Positions 1-11,236 of a DNA stretch of 64,000 bases are shown in pieces. The notes under the pieces are model-generated. The model saw nothing but the letters and a program-made list of their open reading frames with translations. It made no database searches and had not been told where the DNA came from. The position numbers and the translations under genes were made by a program. Source of the stretch: Histomonas meleagridis 2922-C6/04-290x (taxonomy: Eukaryota > Protista > Parabasalia); contig JAANOX010000231.1 of NCBI GenBank assembly GCA_020184695.1, forward strand, positions 186,001 through 250,000, written 5' to 3'. Numbering within the stretch: the stretch's first letter is position 1; every line of letters begins with the position of its first letter.

Positions 1-2
1 CG

Positions 3-1922
3 ATGTTCAATAAATTGGCGCAAATTTTCATCTTCGGTAGGAGGTGGTAAATGATTGGTTACATACCCAAGTGGCGTCCAGTCATTAATATTTATGAATT
101 TAATGACGCCGTTGTTTGACATGATTAATAATAATGACTCATTAATTACTCGATAATTAAGGACATTACAAGGACAAAAAACAATCCGTGTGAAATCAGT
201 GCGGAATAATGTGCTATCATTACAAAGACCAAATACTGTAGTGGAATTATGATCAAATTGTAAAGAGCGTAAATTACGACCAGCAGTTTGAATACGGCGT
301 GATGAAGGAATGGATTCATCATAAAGACTAAGTATGCCATTGGAATAACCGGTGGCAAATTTGGAATCTGAATATGCCAAACACAATGAATCGCCATCAT
401 AAGTTCGTGGCTTGATACTATACCCTGGTGTAATGTCACTCTTGTTGGAATAGGTATAAAGTTTTATAATATGGTTTTTCAATAGAACATAAAATTTGCC
501 ATTAGATTGAGTTGATGTCTTTTCATCAACAGCCACATCAATGACAGGATGAGAAAGGATAAGAACATGTTCTTTGCCATCAATAAAAACTCCAAGAACT
601 TGCTTATCTCGTTGAACAATTAATGCACCTTTATGTGAACCAAAATGTTTTGTAGTCTTTCCATATGATTTATATGTGAATACACATTGAGATGAAGAAT
701 CAACAAATCCTATATTTGATTCTGTTTGCCAATAGATTTTGGAGGACGTTAAATCGAACGATACGAATTTAACGGTCTCTGATGACACCTTGTAACGTTT
801 TGTGTCTGTTGTATCATAAAGATTTCCAATCATAACATAACCATCTCGAGATCCTGTTGAATACTTGGTGCCATCGCTATCATATGCAGTGATGTCAGAT
901 GGAAATATAGGATCAATTGATGTTATTTTAAATGTCTTGGTCGAAATTAAAGCAATTCCAATTGTAGAATGTATAAACGCAACATATTCATTATCCTTTG
1001 GACAAGTTGCTATACCAGTTATACATCCGGTTGATGTTATTGGCTGAACATCTTTTGATGGAAAGAAATTATAATCCTCATTCATTTCGTAGCAAGAAAT
1101 CATTCCATTTCTATGTGTAATCATTAGTTTTGTGGCATCGTTAGGGAATTGAAGAAGTAAATCAAAGATTGATGGAACGATACCACTATCGATTAAAGGG
1201 ATTAAAAGCTCTAATTCAACATTAAAATAACATAATTCTTTTTCAAGCATAACAAAAATGTAGTTTGGCATGTGGAGAGACCATTGTGCATCAATAATTG
1301 TTGAATCAGTATCAATCATTACTTTATCTAATATTGGGTTTGGAGGCGACTTTCCCTCGTCTTCGAGAAAGCTGATGGTAAATGTTTTATCATTATCGAA
1401 AAATAAAATTCTATTTTTGTATAAGGGATCAATTGAAAAATTAACAGCATCAAAGCGAAGATCTGTTTCCCAAAGCATTATGAAATTTGTCAAGTTATCA
1501 TTTTTCGCTCCATTCGAGTATTTAACAGCAATCAATCTTTTGGAATTTAAAAGAACAAGTAATATTTCATTAATCCATTGAATAGAAATTACTTTTTCAT
1601 GTTTGTTTCGTAATGGCTTTGCTGATGCATTAAAGCATTTTTTCTCTATATCTAAAATAAAAAGTCGACAATGATCATCCCCTATTGCAATCAGCGATCG
1701 CAAATAAGGGTGAAAACTTAGGCAAGTGATTGGGTTTGGTGGAACCTCGATTGATCCTGTATGAATAAGTTTGTTTTCTTGAAAGTTGGATATATGAATA
1801 CATGAACCTGTTGCATACGCAATTAAATTATTATTTCCCCAAGTTATGCTTTTTCTGTTTTCGTTATTATATGATGGAGGAAATTGTGGTTGGATTTGGT
1901 ACTGGAAATTGCCTCCAAGCAT
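3..1922 (-). CDS. WD40-repeat protein, WDR11-like (runs off the left window edge; absent from the ORF track)
   Basis: Manual translation from ATG at 1922 is open to the window edge: MLGGNFQYQIQPQFPPSYNNENRKSITWGNNNLIAYATGSCIHIS...ITCLSFHPYLRSLIAIGDD. The N-terminus resembles the WDR11 'NK.A.DWG..GLIAYG' pattern, followed by beta-propeller-like strands. Confidence 0.7.
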   Translation of the reverse strand, partial: MLGGNFQYQIQPQFPPSYNNENRKSITWGNNNLIAYATGSCIHISNFQENKLIHTGSIEVPPNPITCLSFHPYLRSLIAIGDDHCRLFILDIEKKCFNASAKPLRNKHEKVISIQWINEILLVLLNSKRLIAVKYSNGAKNDNLTNFIMLWETDLRFDAVNFSIDPLYKNRILFFDNDKTFTISFLEDEGKSPPNPILDKVMIDTDSTIIDAQWSLHMPNYIFVMLEKELCYFNVELELLIPLIDSGIVPSIFDLLLQFPNDATKLMITHRNGMISCYEMNEDYNFFPSKDVQPITSTGCITGIATCPKDNEYVAFIHSTIGIALISTKTFKITSIDPIFPSDITAYDSDGTKYSTGSRDGYVMIGNLYDTTDTKRYKVSSETVKFVSFDLTSSKIYWQTESNIGFVDSSSQCVFTYKSYGKTTKHFGSHKGALIVQRDKQVLGVFIDGKEHVLILSHPVIDVAVDEKTSTQSNGKFYVLLKNHIIKLYTYSNKSDITPGYSIKPRTYDGDSLCLAYSDSKFATGYSNGILSLYDESIPSSRRIQTAGRNLRSLQFDHNSTTVFGLCNDSTLFRTDFTRIVFCPCNVLNYRVINESLLLIMSNNGVIKFININDWTPLGYVTNHLPPPTEDENLRQFIEH

Positions 1923-2361
1923 TGGGAAATTTCAACGTAATTTTTTGGCAATTAATTTTGAGACAAAATACTTTGTCATCCCGATAAAAGAAATTCAATA
2001 TAACGATAAACTTTTGAAAGACTTTTTTATATCGTCATTGAACTTTATGTATTGAAAAGTGTAACAACTTTGAGAATTGAATGCGCCTATGGTAGGTCCG
2101 ACCAAATAAGATCGATTTTTGAATAAAAATATCTCAACTAAAATTAAACAATTATTGAAATAAATATCTTAAATAATGTATATTTTAGATATATTTCATG
2201 ATTATAAAATTTTTTTTGTGAAACTAATGATAATGTTTTTGATGATTTAAGGTCTGCTCTGTAAAGCCAAAAGTGACATATCATGGGGTGGAATCCGAGA
2301 ACTGGAGAATATAGTTTTTGCCATAAATAAAGAAAATGTTAAGTTATCAGCTAAACAAACA

Positions 2362-3432
2362 ATGAAAATATTTGATCATAATTTTCCATATTCTTTTAGT
2401 GTTTCTAATTGTTATCTTATTCGTTTAGCATTTTATTCTTTAAGAGGAGATGCAGACACTTATATAGAATACTTAAAATTAATACAAGAAAAAGAAGATG
2501 AAATTGGTATAAACATTAAACCAAAAAATTTTGAACTTTTTAGTCAACTTCTTTCATATAATCCCACAGAAGAATCATTTTATCTTCTTGAGAAAATGAT
2601 TGAACAAAATTTAATTGATACAAGTATTCCATTAAAAATAAAAACCAAATATTTTGCACATTACCAAACAATAAAAGAAAGCAAGCATTTGTATTTTTAT
2701 GATATTATCAAATTGCTTCTTCAACAAAAAGGAATTGATATTAATGCAAAAAATATTCATTTTTTTTTATTTAATATAAATTTTAATAATTTAATAATTC
2801 AAAATAATTTTTGGAAATTATTTAAATTATTTTATACAGCACTTATGAAAGCATCTGAATATGTTTATATAGAAATAGTTAGATTACTTCTTGAACAAGA
2901 AGGAATTGATATTAATGCAAAAGATATTTATTTGTTTTATTTAATATTTATTACAATTTTTTCTCAATATTTCAAAGTAATATTTGAAAATTATTTAAAT
3001 TATTTTATACAGCACTTATACTTGCATCTTCAAAAGGTAATAAAGGAATAGTTCAATTACTTCTTGAACAAGAAGGAATTGATATTAATGCAAAAGATAT
3101 TTATTTGTTTTATTTGTTTTTTATTTTCATGATTTGATATTTCAAAATAATATTTGAAAATTATTTAAATTATTCAATACAGCACTTATCTCTGAATCTG
3201 AAAGTGGTAACACAGAAATCGTTAAATTACTTCTTGAACAAGAAGGAATTGATGTTGACGCCGAAGATATTTTTTTGTTTTATTTAATATTTGTGTTGAT
3301 AGTTTGATATCATAAAATAACATTTGGAAATTATTTAAATTATTTTGGACAGCACTTATGAAAGCATCTGAATATGGTTATATAGAAATAGTTAAATTAC
3401 TTTACGAGAAAGGTTCTAAAGAAAATATTTAG
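2362..3432 (+). pseudogene. Internally deleted DUF3447-type/ankyrin repeat gene with 4 hairpin inserts (69, 71, 68, 68 nt)
   Basis: N-terminus is homologous to the 4677/11237/45782 genes but joins directly to ankyrin repeats (TALMKASEYGYIEIVKLLLEQEGIDINAKD). Inserts at 2764-2832, 2935-3005, 3108-3175, 3278-3345. No in-frame ATG for the upstream homologous segment. Confidence 0.7.
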
Positions 3433-3981
3433 ATATCGACGAACGTGATGTTTCCTCATTATGACCACACAAATGAATCAGTATACTATAATACATAAAA
3501 TTTTCTAAGAATTTTTTTTTGCATTAGATGTATCTTTTACATGAAAATTAGGAATCATCAAAATTATGTAATTAAAATTTATGAAAGCAATGAGATAAGC
3601 AGATAAATTTAAATGAAATAATTTTCTTTAAAGAAATAACTTGTATCATGGAATATTTTTATTGAGAACATATTATCCGAAAAGTTGAATTGAACATATC
3701 GGTGTTATTTTTCTTGAATTTTTTTCCCAGAGCATTTTGAAGATGTGTTCAAACACTTTCGGTTGAAGTTCTTCTTGTTTCTATCAATTAATATATTTTA
3801 CCACAAGATCTTTTGTTTCTTAGGCTTAAAAGAAAGGATTGATTGTGGCTTAATTAAACAATTGCAAATTTAAATTCGAACATCGATTTAAAGAATATGA
3901 AATATATATTGCTTGAAATCATTAGAATCTTATTTCATTTAAATGAATTTGAAAAAATTAACAATTAAAATAAAAGTCAAA

Positions 3982-4308
3982 CTATTTTGAATTCGCAGAA
4001 ATAAGGTCTCCCAGAGTAATTCTAGAATTTTCCAAAATCTGTTTTTTTTCTTCCAATTCAGAAATCAACTTTTGAATGAAAATATTCTTTTCGTTGTCAT
4101 TCATTTCTTGAACTTTGCTTAATTTGGTAAGTGTGAGTTTTCCATCTGCTGATTCTTCTGAATGATCTATTTTTTCATCTGGGATTGATGAACGAGATTT
4201 TTCTTCAATGTTTTTTATTTTATCTGAAATGCCTAATAGTGCTTCTAAGTCATTATAAATTTCTTCAATTAAACATTGTCTCTCTTCAATTGAGCGAAAT
4301 TTAAACAT
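3982..4308 (-). CDS. Small coiled-coil hypothetical protein
   Basis: ORF with E/K/L-rich heptads; likely start MFKFRSIEERQ at 4308. Confidence 0.5.
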   Translation of the reverse strand: MFKFRSIEERQCLIEEIYNDLEALLGISDKIKNIEEKSRSSIPDEKIDHSEESADGKLTLTKLSKVQEMNDNEKNIFIQKLISELEEKKQILENSRITLGDLISANSK

Positions 4309-4664
4309 TTTTATTTCATAAATTAACGTCCTCGGGGTACCCTGTTGCGATCTGTGTTTGTGCAAGCATAAAGCTATTCGATATATTGTCAATATTAAAA
4401 ACATTTATATCAATTATCATCAATATTGTAAATATAATGAAATAATATAGTTTCATAATTTATTTTATAATAATAAGATAAGATTATATTTTAATAATTA
4501 AATTAAATCAAGTAAAACAGAATAATCATTATATTTAAACAATCAAATAAGAGAAATAATCATATGTTGGCAATTTTTTTCGTTTAATAATATTTATATA
4601 ATTAAAATTGTTTTATTAGTTTGCCATTTCATGGGTTCAATAAGCTTTTCTTTTTAGCTTTTTG

Positions 4665-4672
4665 ACTTCATT
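4665..4672 (+). promoter_or_regulatory. Trichomonad Inr-like element (TCATTTT)
   Basis: TCAYW-type motif a few nt upstream of the ATG at 4677, as described for the Trichomonas initiator. Confidence 0.4.
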
Positions 4673-4676
4673 TTGG

Positions 4677-5870
4677 ATGGATGAAACTGGCCATGATTTA
4701 ATGTATTCATCTGATGGTCAATTTGACGACTTGCAAATACCACATTCACTAGAACAAATAATATATGATTTAAATGAAGAAAATCTCGAATTATCTGTTC
4801 AAAAAATGATAAATTTATTTGATATCAATTACAGTTATTCATTTAATTTTGTGATATGCTTTTTAGTTTATTCGGCATTTTCTTCTCAAAGGAATGAAAT
4901 TAATTTATATTTTAAATACTTACAAAATATTGAAGAGAAAGAAAAAGAATTAAAATGCGATGATAATATCATCGAAATGTTTGGTAATTATATATCTGAT
5001 ATTAAAGAGAATGCAGCATATTATTTGATTAACGAAATGATTGAACATAATTTAATGAATCAAAATGTAATTGAGAATAATAATTCGAAATATTTCGCAC
5101 ATTATAAAACAGAAATGCAAAACAAAAAGAGAAATAATGGTGGACCATATGAAATGGCTTTTTTAAGGAACTATGAAGAACTTTCAAAGAATGATTGGGA
5201 ACTTCATAAGAAATATATTAAAGAAGGACATAATCCAAATGAAATCGCAAAAATAATACGAAATGATGAAATAGAAAGACTTAAAGAAATAATGTCACAA
5301 ACAAATTTTGATTTTAATCAAAGAATTGAATCATCACTTTATGAAAGATGTTCATATATTAATCAAGGTAATATAAGAATGATTGATTATGCAGCATTTT
5401 TTGGATCAATTAAATGCTTTAAATACCTTATGATGAAAGGTTGTAATATAAATAAATCAACTACTTATGCAATTGCAGGTGGTAACATTGAAATTATTCA
5501 TTTATGCGAACAAAATCATTCATCATTTAATGGCGCATTTGAAGCAGCAATTAAATTTCATAAAAATGATATCTTTCGTTATATATTTGATAATTATTTA
5601 GATACATTAGAAAATAATTATCGACGTAATTCACCAAATAATATTTATAGTTTAGCAATTTTATGTGTTAAACATGGGAACTATGAAATTCTTTCATTTC
5701 TTGAGGAAGCTTAAACACAGTTGGTAATAATATTATTAATGAAGCAGCAAGAACAGGTAATATATACCTTGTTAAGCATTTTCTTCAAAATAATGAAACA
5801 CCTAAAAACATATTAATATATGCAACTGAATTTGGGAACTTCGAACTTGTTCAATACCTTTTTCAGCCTT
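4677..5870 (+). pseudogene. DUF3447/ankyrin family gene, frameshifted near 5710 and truncated before the repeat array
   Basis: Contains EGHNPNEIAKIIRNDEIE, IDYAAFFGSIKCFKYL and AIAGGNIEIIHLCEQ motifs. Continues in another frame (NNIINEAARTGNIYLVKHFL...YATEFGNFELVQYLF), then runs into an inverted unrelated fragment. Confidence 0.75.
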
Positions 5871-6130
5871 TTTTATTAATAGCGTGCCTTCTTCCCACAA
5901 CTTATTAGATATATAAGCTATAGCTTCACAAATTATTCTTTCATTTTCCGAAAAAAGCATTTCAATTGCTTGATCAAAATTGTTTTGATTACTGTCATCA
6001 CTCCTAGCATATGAAGGAAGCCACATCAGGATTTTACTTTTCCTTTTTGCTTGTGCTTACCTTTTGTACTGCATTTAATTATTGCATCAAACTTTGATGT
6101 GTCATCGGCTTTTAACGGTTTCATTCACTT
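5802..6130 (-). pseudogene. Fragment of ARM/importin-alpha-like gene N-terminus
   Basis: DQAIEMLFSENERIICEAIAYISNKL is ARM-like; stops upstream; abuts the ankyrin gene tail-to-tail. Confidence 0.35.
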
Positions 6131-6419
6131 TGACATAATTAATTTCTAAGAAAAATTTTGACATAAAAAATGTGTGGTATTAAGACATGAATAATAATTA
6201 TTATGTGGATCTATGAATGATAAACGTTTTAAAAAACATTTTCTTATGTAAATACGTGTGATATCACAAACAAATTCATATTATATGTTACAAGAATCGC
6301 CAACAATTACTTAAACAAACTGAAACAACATAATTAATTTTTTAATAATTTAAAAATATTATACTTAAAAAAAAGATTTCATTTAGTATATACTATATTT
6401 TATTAAATATTTATCTCAA

Positions 6420-7667
6420 TTACATTTGTTCAATGAATTTCTCTTCTTTAAAATCATCTGCAAAAGGATCTTCTTCAATATTTGATATAGATATTCCTGT
6501 TGTGAATGTGTTTGCAGTTTGGTTGTCACTTTGTTGTTCTGATATTTCATTTTCATCAATTTCTTCTTTTTTATTTTTAATTCGAATCAATAACACAATA
6601 AGTAATGAAATTATAATAATCACAACAATAATAACGCAAACGATTATTACGATAATTTTTGTTTTGTTATCATTTGTCTGAATTTCATTTCTATAAGTAA
6701 ATGTAAAGAAATTCGAATAGTAATTGTAATATGTCGAATAAATAATAACTGTGTAATCATAATAAATAAATTCCGTTTCGATATAAATATATGACGAATT
6801 AATCGTAATTAACGAAATTGTTTTTGTTTGTATTTCATAATAAGTAAACGAATGCGTAATTGATAAAGTAAAAGTTAATAAATATGAAAAAGTTTTCGTT
6901 AAATCATTTTGAAGTGATTCAGTAAATGCAAATGACTTTGAAAATGTATTACTTTGGATAAATGTATGTGGTGCTGAATATGTATTTGATTTAGAAAATG
7001 TGTTTGAAACAGAATATGTATCACTTCGACTGAATGTGTGTGATGCTGAAAATGAAATCGTTGAAATTGCATTGCAATTTCCTTCTACACTTTGAACAAC
7101 TTCTAAACTCCCAAATTTTTCATTTGCATATGTTGGATATGTTATAACTGTTGCTGCAACATTATAAAATGCAGATTCTCCAATATTTGGTTCAGTTGCT
7201 CCATAATAATAAATGCATTGAAGATTGTAACAATTACCAAATGCTGAATTTCCAATTTCTTTAATTCCATATCCAAGTGTTAATATTCTTAAATTAGTAC
7301 ATGTTGAAAATGATGAACTACCAATTGCTGTGACTGAATTTGGAATTGTAATGTTTTTGATTGATGAACATAATGAAAATGCTGAATCACCAATTGTTGT
7401 GACATTTTCTCCAAAAATAATTATTTCGAAACTTAAGCATGACGAAAAAACAGAACCTCCAATATCTGATACTGATTTCCCAAAATCAACTGAAACAACT
7501 GATGACCATCCTGAAAATGAACTGCTTGGAATTGAATAAATTCCTTCACTAATAATTATAAATTTTGTATCGTTTTTATATTGATTAATTACATTAAAAT
7601 CATTTGAATTTAGTATTGTTAATGTTGAATTATCATAAAATAATTGAAAAGATTTCATGAAAAACAT
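6420..7667 (-). CDS. BspA-like (TpLRR/LRR_5) surface protein with S/T-F stalk, TM helix and DPF-containing tail
   Basis: Repeats such as VTTIGDSAFSLCSSIKNITIPNSVTAIGSSSF; SxTFS stalk; TM IIVIIVCVIIVVIIIISLLIVLLI; tail IEEDPFADDF. Likely start MFFMKSF at 7667. Confidence 0.85.
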   Translation of the reverse strand: MFFMKSFQLFYDNSTLTILNSNDFNVINQYKNDTKFIIISEGIYSIPSSSFSGWSSVVSVDFGKSVSDIGGSVFSSCLSFEIIIFGENVTTIGDSAFSLCSSIKNITIPNSVTAIGSSSFSTCTNLRILTLGYGIKEIGNSAFGNCYNLQCIYYYGATEPNIGESAFYNVAATVITYPTYANEKFGSLEVVQSVEGNCNAISTISFSASHTFSRSDTYSVSNTFSKSNTYSAPHTFIQSNTFSKSFAFTESLQNDLTKTFSYLLTFTLSITHSFTYYEIQTKTISLITINSSYIYIETEFIYYDYTVIIYSTYYNYYSNFFTFTYRNEIQTNDNKTKIIVIIVCVIIVVIIIISLLIVLLIRIKNKKEEIDENEISEQQSDNQTANTFTTGISISNIEEDPFADDFKEEKFIEQM

Positions 7668-7716
7668 AACAAAAATTAAAACATTTTTATGTTTTTTCTT
7701 TTCGCTTGTTTTCAAT
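6993..7716. repeat. Copy 1 of a ~724-bp near-identical direct duplication (copy 2 at 9576-10300)
   Basis: Identical ORF-track peptides at 7330-7539 and 9913-10122; by eye the sequences differ by about one substitution and one T indel. Confidence 0.95.
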
Positions 7717-8354
7717 GCATATTTGGTCAAAAACAATTTCTGTGCGGTTACAGATTTTTTCTGATAAAAATTGACATAAACTGCCGATATCATTGAAAAA
7801 ACGGCGGTTAAACGAACAATGGCATTGAATTTAAATGGTCGGTCTGCTTTATCGTTTTGCATCAATGGAAAAAAAAGAAATTTACGCTGGATCAAAGATA
7901 TATTCCCATGATATCGATTCAAAGTTTGTTTTGGTAGATTGTTATCAATAAGAATACTGATTGCAAAAGATTTATTTTGATTAATTATAAAATATGAATC
8001 TGGGAATTTTATTTTGTCACAAAAGAATTGACGTATTATTGATGTACACATACTGCCAGTCATGAAATTTGAAAATAAACTGGTTTTAAAGAAATTAGAA
8101 TTATTGTTAAATATATCAAAATTTTCATCCTTAATTGCAGAGATTGGAACTTCTGCGTTGTGTATATGCGTTAGCCTTTCTTTGTTTTGGTTCGTTTTCA
8201 TATTTGATATTTTTATAGTGGTAAAAAATGGAATTCCTGGTCTTGTATCGGTTATATATTGCTTTATTATGTTCGAAATGAACAGCATTTGCAGGGTTTT
8301 CATCTTTCCAGATCTAATATAGTTGAAGGCCTTAACCAAATACACATCGGCCAA
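7717..8354 (-). other. Unrelated ORF segment fused in frame upstream of the BspA gene
   Basis: About 213 open codons with no LRR similarity; junction coincides exactly with the duplication breakpoint at 7716. Confidence 0.45.
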
Positions 8355-9085
8355 TACAAAAGTTAAAAATCATACGGTTAACATGCAAAAAATTTGTTGT
8401 TGAATTGAAGTTTTTCAATTTAACCTAAATTTTTTTGCTTCAATATTTAAATACATCTACAAAAGATAATGAATTAAATGATTTTAAAGACACTTTTAAA
8501 TAATTTAATGAACGAATGTGATAGAGTTGAATCTGTTGATTAAAATGATATCCTTTGTTGTTGGTAAACGTTTTTTAAAGTATTCAATTTTATGATTTTT
8601 AAGAGATCTGTGTAATTTTGATATAAATTCTTTGAATTAAACATTTCCTTAAATATAAATATATCTCAATGGATATCCAACATCAATGATGATTCATCTA
8701 AATAGTTTGATTTTATAAAGTAAGTTTAATTAACTTTAAATATAATGTTACAAGATTCCAATGTTTTAATTTCAATGATTTATTTCTGTTGTAATGATTT
8801 TCTACAGAAATGTAACTTAACAATTATCATTCAATAACTTAGAAAGGTAAGAATTTATCATTATAAACTTTTTTGTTAATTAAAAATTTTTTTCTTCTAT
8901 TTGTTCTTTAGAATGTTACGTCGAAACGATGTTCATTGTATATTATCGATAATATATAATGTTTTCATTGCTAATCATAACAAATTGAAAATCGATTAAT
9001 ATTTCTCATTGCGAATCATTTCATACTTTTTAAATATATAAAAATATATCAATTAAAAATATATTTTTATTTTACAATTAAATCA

Positions 9086-10251
9086 TAGCCAATTGTCTTC
9101 ATCTTCTTTAACAATATCTTCAACTAAAGTATTTACGTCCTCCATTTGTTTTTGTACTTGATGTCGTCGAATTCTTAAATTGTAATTTTGAAGTCGATTT
9201 TTCTTTTTGATTACTACTTTTTATTAAGAATATAACAATTCCAACAATTATTAATACAAATGCAATTGATCCGCAAATAATTCCAATTAAAGCATTAGTT
9301 GTAAGTCCATTTGATTGTGAAATGTTTGTGCGAAACATTGTAATGAAGTTTGAAAAATAATTAAAATGTGTCGAATACATAATAACTGTGTAATCATAAT
9401 AAACAAATTCGGTTTCTAAATAAGAAAATGTTGAATTATATAAGGATAATGAAAATGATTTTGTTTGCGTTTCAAAATAAGAAATTGAATACGCAATTGT
9501 CAATGTATATGTTAATGTATATGAATATGAAAATGTTATATCGTTTTGAAATGATCCAGTAAATGTATTAGAAAGAGAAAATGTGTTTGAAACAGAATAT
9601 GTATCACTTCGACTGAATGCGTGTGATGCTGAAAATGAAATCGTTGAAATTGCATTGCAATTTCCTTCTACACTTTGAACAACTTCTAAACTCCCAAATT
9701 TTTCATTTGCATATGTTGGATATGTTATAACTGTTGCTGCAACATTATAAAATGCAGATTCTCCAATATTTGGTTCAGTTGCTCCATAATAATAAATGCA
9801 TTGAAGATTGTAACAATTACCAAATGCTGAATTTCCAATTTCTTTAATTCCATATCCAAGTGTTAATATTCTTAAATTAGTACATGTTGAAAATGATGAA
9901 CTACCAATTGCTGTGACTGAATTTGGAATTGTAATGTTTTTGATTGATGAACATAATGAAAATGCTGAATCACCAATTGTTGTGACATTTTCTCCAAAAA
10001 TAATTATTTCGAAACTTAAGCATGACGAAAAAACAGAACCTCCAATATCTGATACTGATTTCCCAAAATCAACTGAAACAACTGATGACCATCCTGAAAA
10101 TGAACTGCTTGGAATTGAATAAATTCCTTCACTAATAATTATAAATTTTTGTATCGTTTTTATATTGATTAATTACATTAAAATCATTTGAATTTAGTAT
10201 TGTTAATGTTGAATTATCATAAAATAATTGAAAAGATTTCATGAAAAACAT
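9086..10251 (-). pseudogene. Second BspA-like gene sharing the LRR module; frameshifted
   Basis: Extra T near 10146 breaks the frame. Different stalk/TM (ALIGIICGSIAFVLIIVGIVIFLI). The tail EDEDNWL lies in a shifted frame. Confidence 0.75.
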
Positions 10252-11236
10252 AACAAAAATTAAAACATTTTTATGTTTTTTCTTTTCGCTTGTTTTCAAT
10301 TTGTTAATTAAATATTTAACTTCATAAAGTAAAAAAAATCCCAAAATAAAAAAGTTATACATCAGAACTTGAACAGTTTCACTGAATTTGAACATTTTCT
10401 TCATGAAACAATTATTCAGTGAAATTGGTATATGAGCATTTAATGAAAAATGATTAAATACTAAAGAAAAGAATCTGAAATAATGTTTAACATATGAGAT
10501 CGGTAATCCTAATAAAGAGAAATGAAACTGATGTTTTCTTGTGCTGTTAAATGGATTCGGTTCATTATCTTTTAGCATAACAAAGTTTGTGACTTTGTTG
10601 GACACATTTTCTTTGTTATGGCATGAGAAAATAAAGTGGATATCCATTTTGGATTCTAAAGTAAGACAAGACGATTGTTTGAGAGTTTGGAAAATAGATA
10701 ATTGATCACGAAAAATCTTTGAACCTGAATTTTGTGGAGAGGCTTGTAATAAGCAAAAGAAATACATGGGGAAAGCCAAGAAGAAAAAACACATTTGTGA
10801 GAAAACTTGGGAACTTGTTAATAAATCAGCCAAAAACGATACAGAGAGCTTCAACCGCTTCGCCTTTTCGTAGTTTCGTTGGCTCAACTTTAACGAATAT
10901 GCGTTTTATTGTTTTTGCAATCGGAAGATGTTTATAAAGCTACAACACAATGATTTTATGAAAAGTGACAGAAAATCACCTTGTTTCAATCATGGAAACA
11001 GCCACAAAAATGAAAGAAAGAAGATGATATCGTTTAGCATCAAAGAACAGATTTTTGAATGATGAACGTACAAAAAGTTTGTTCCAACACAATTAACAAA
11101 GTGCATTGAATTCTGAATAAAGTGCATTGAATTCTGAAAGAGATATTTCCATACAACCGTACCAATTCCTAAGACCGTTAAAAACACAATTAATCACTCT
11201 GTCAAATTTTATATAAGGCTATTGTGCTCACTGTAA

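Noticed and set aside
146-2055. Short ORFs in the track at 146-2055
   Set aside because: Shadow or antisense frames of the long minus-strand WD40 ORF.
11098-11140. 21-bp tandem duplication AAAGTGCATTGAATTCTGAAT
   Set aside because: Two copies only, in intergenic DNA; no sign of function.
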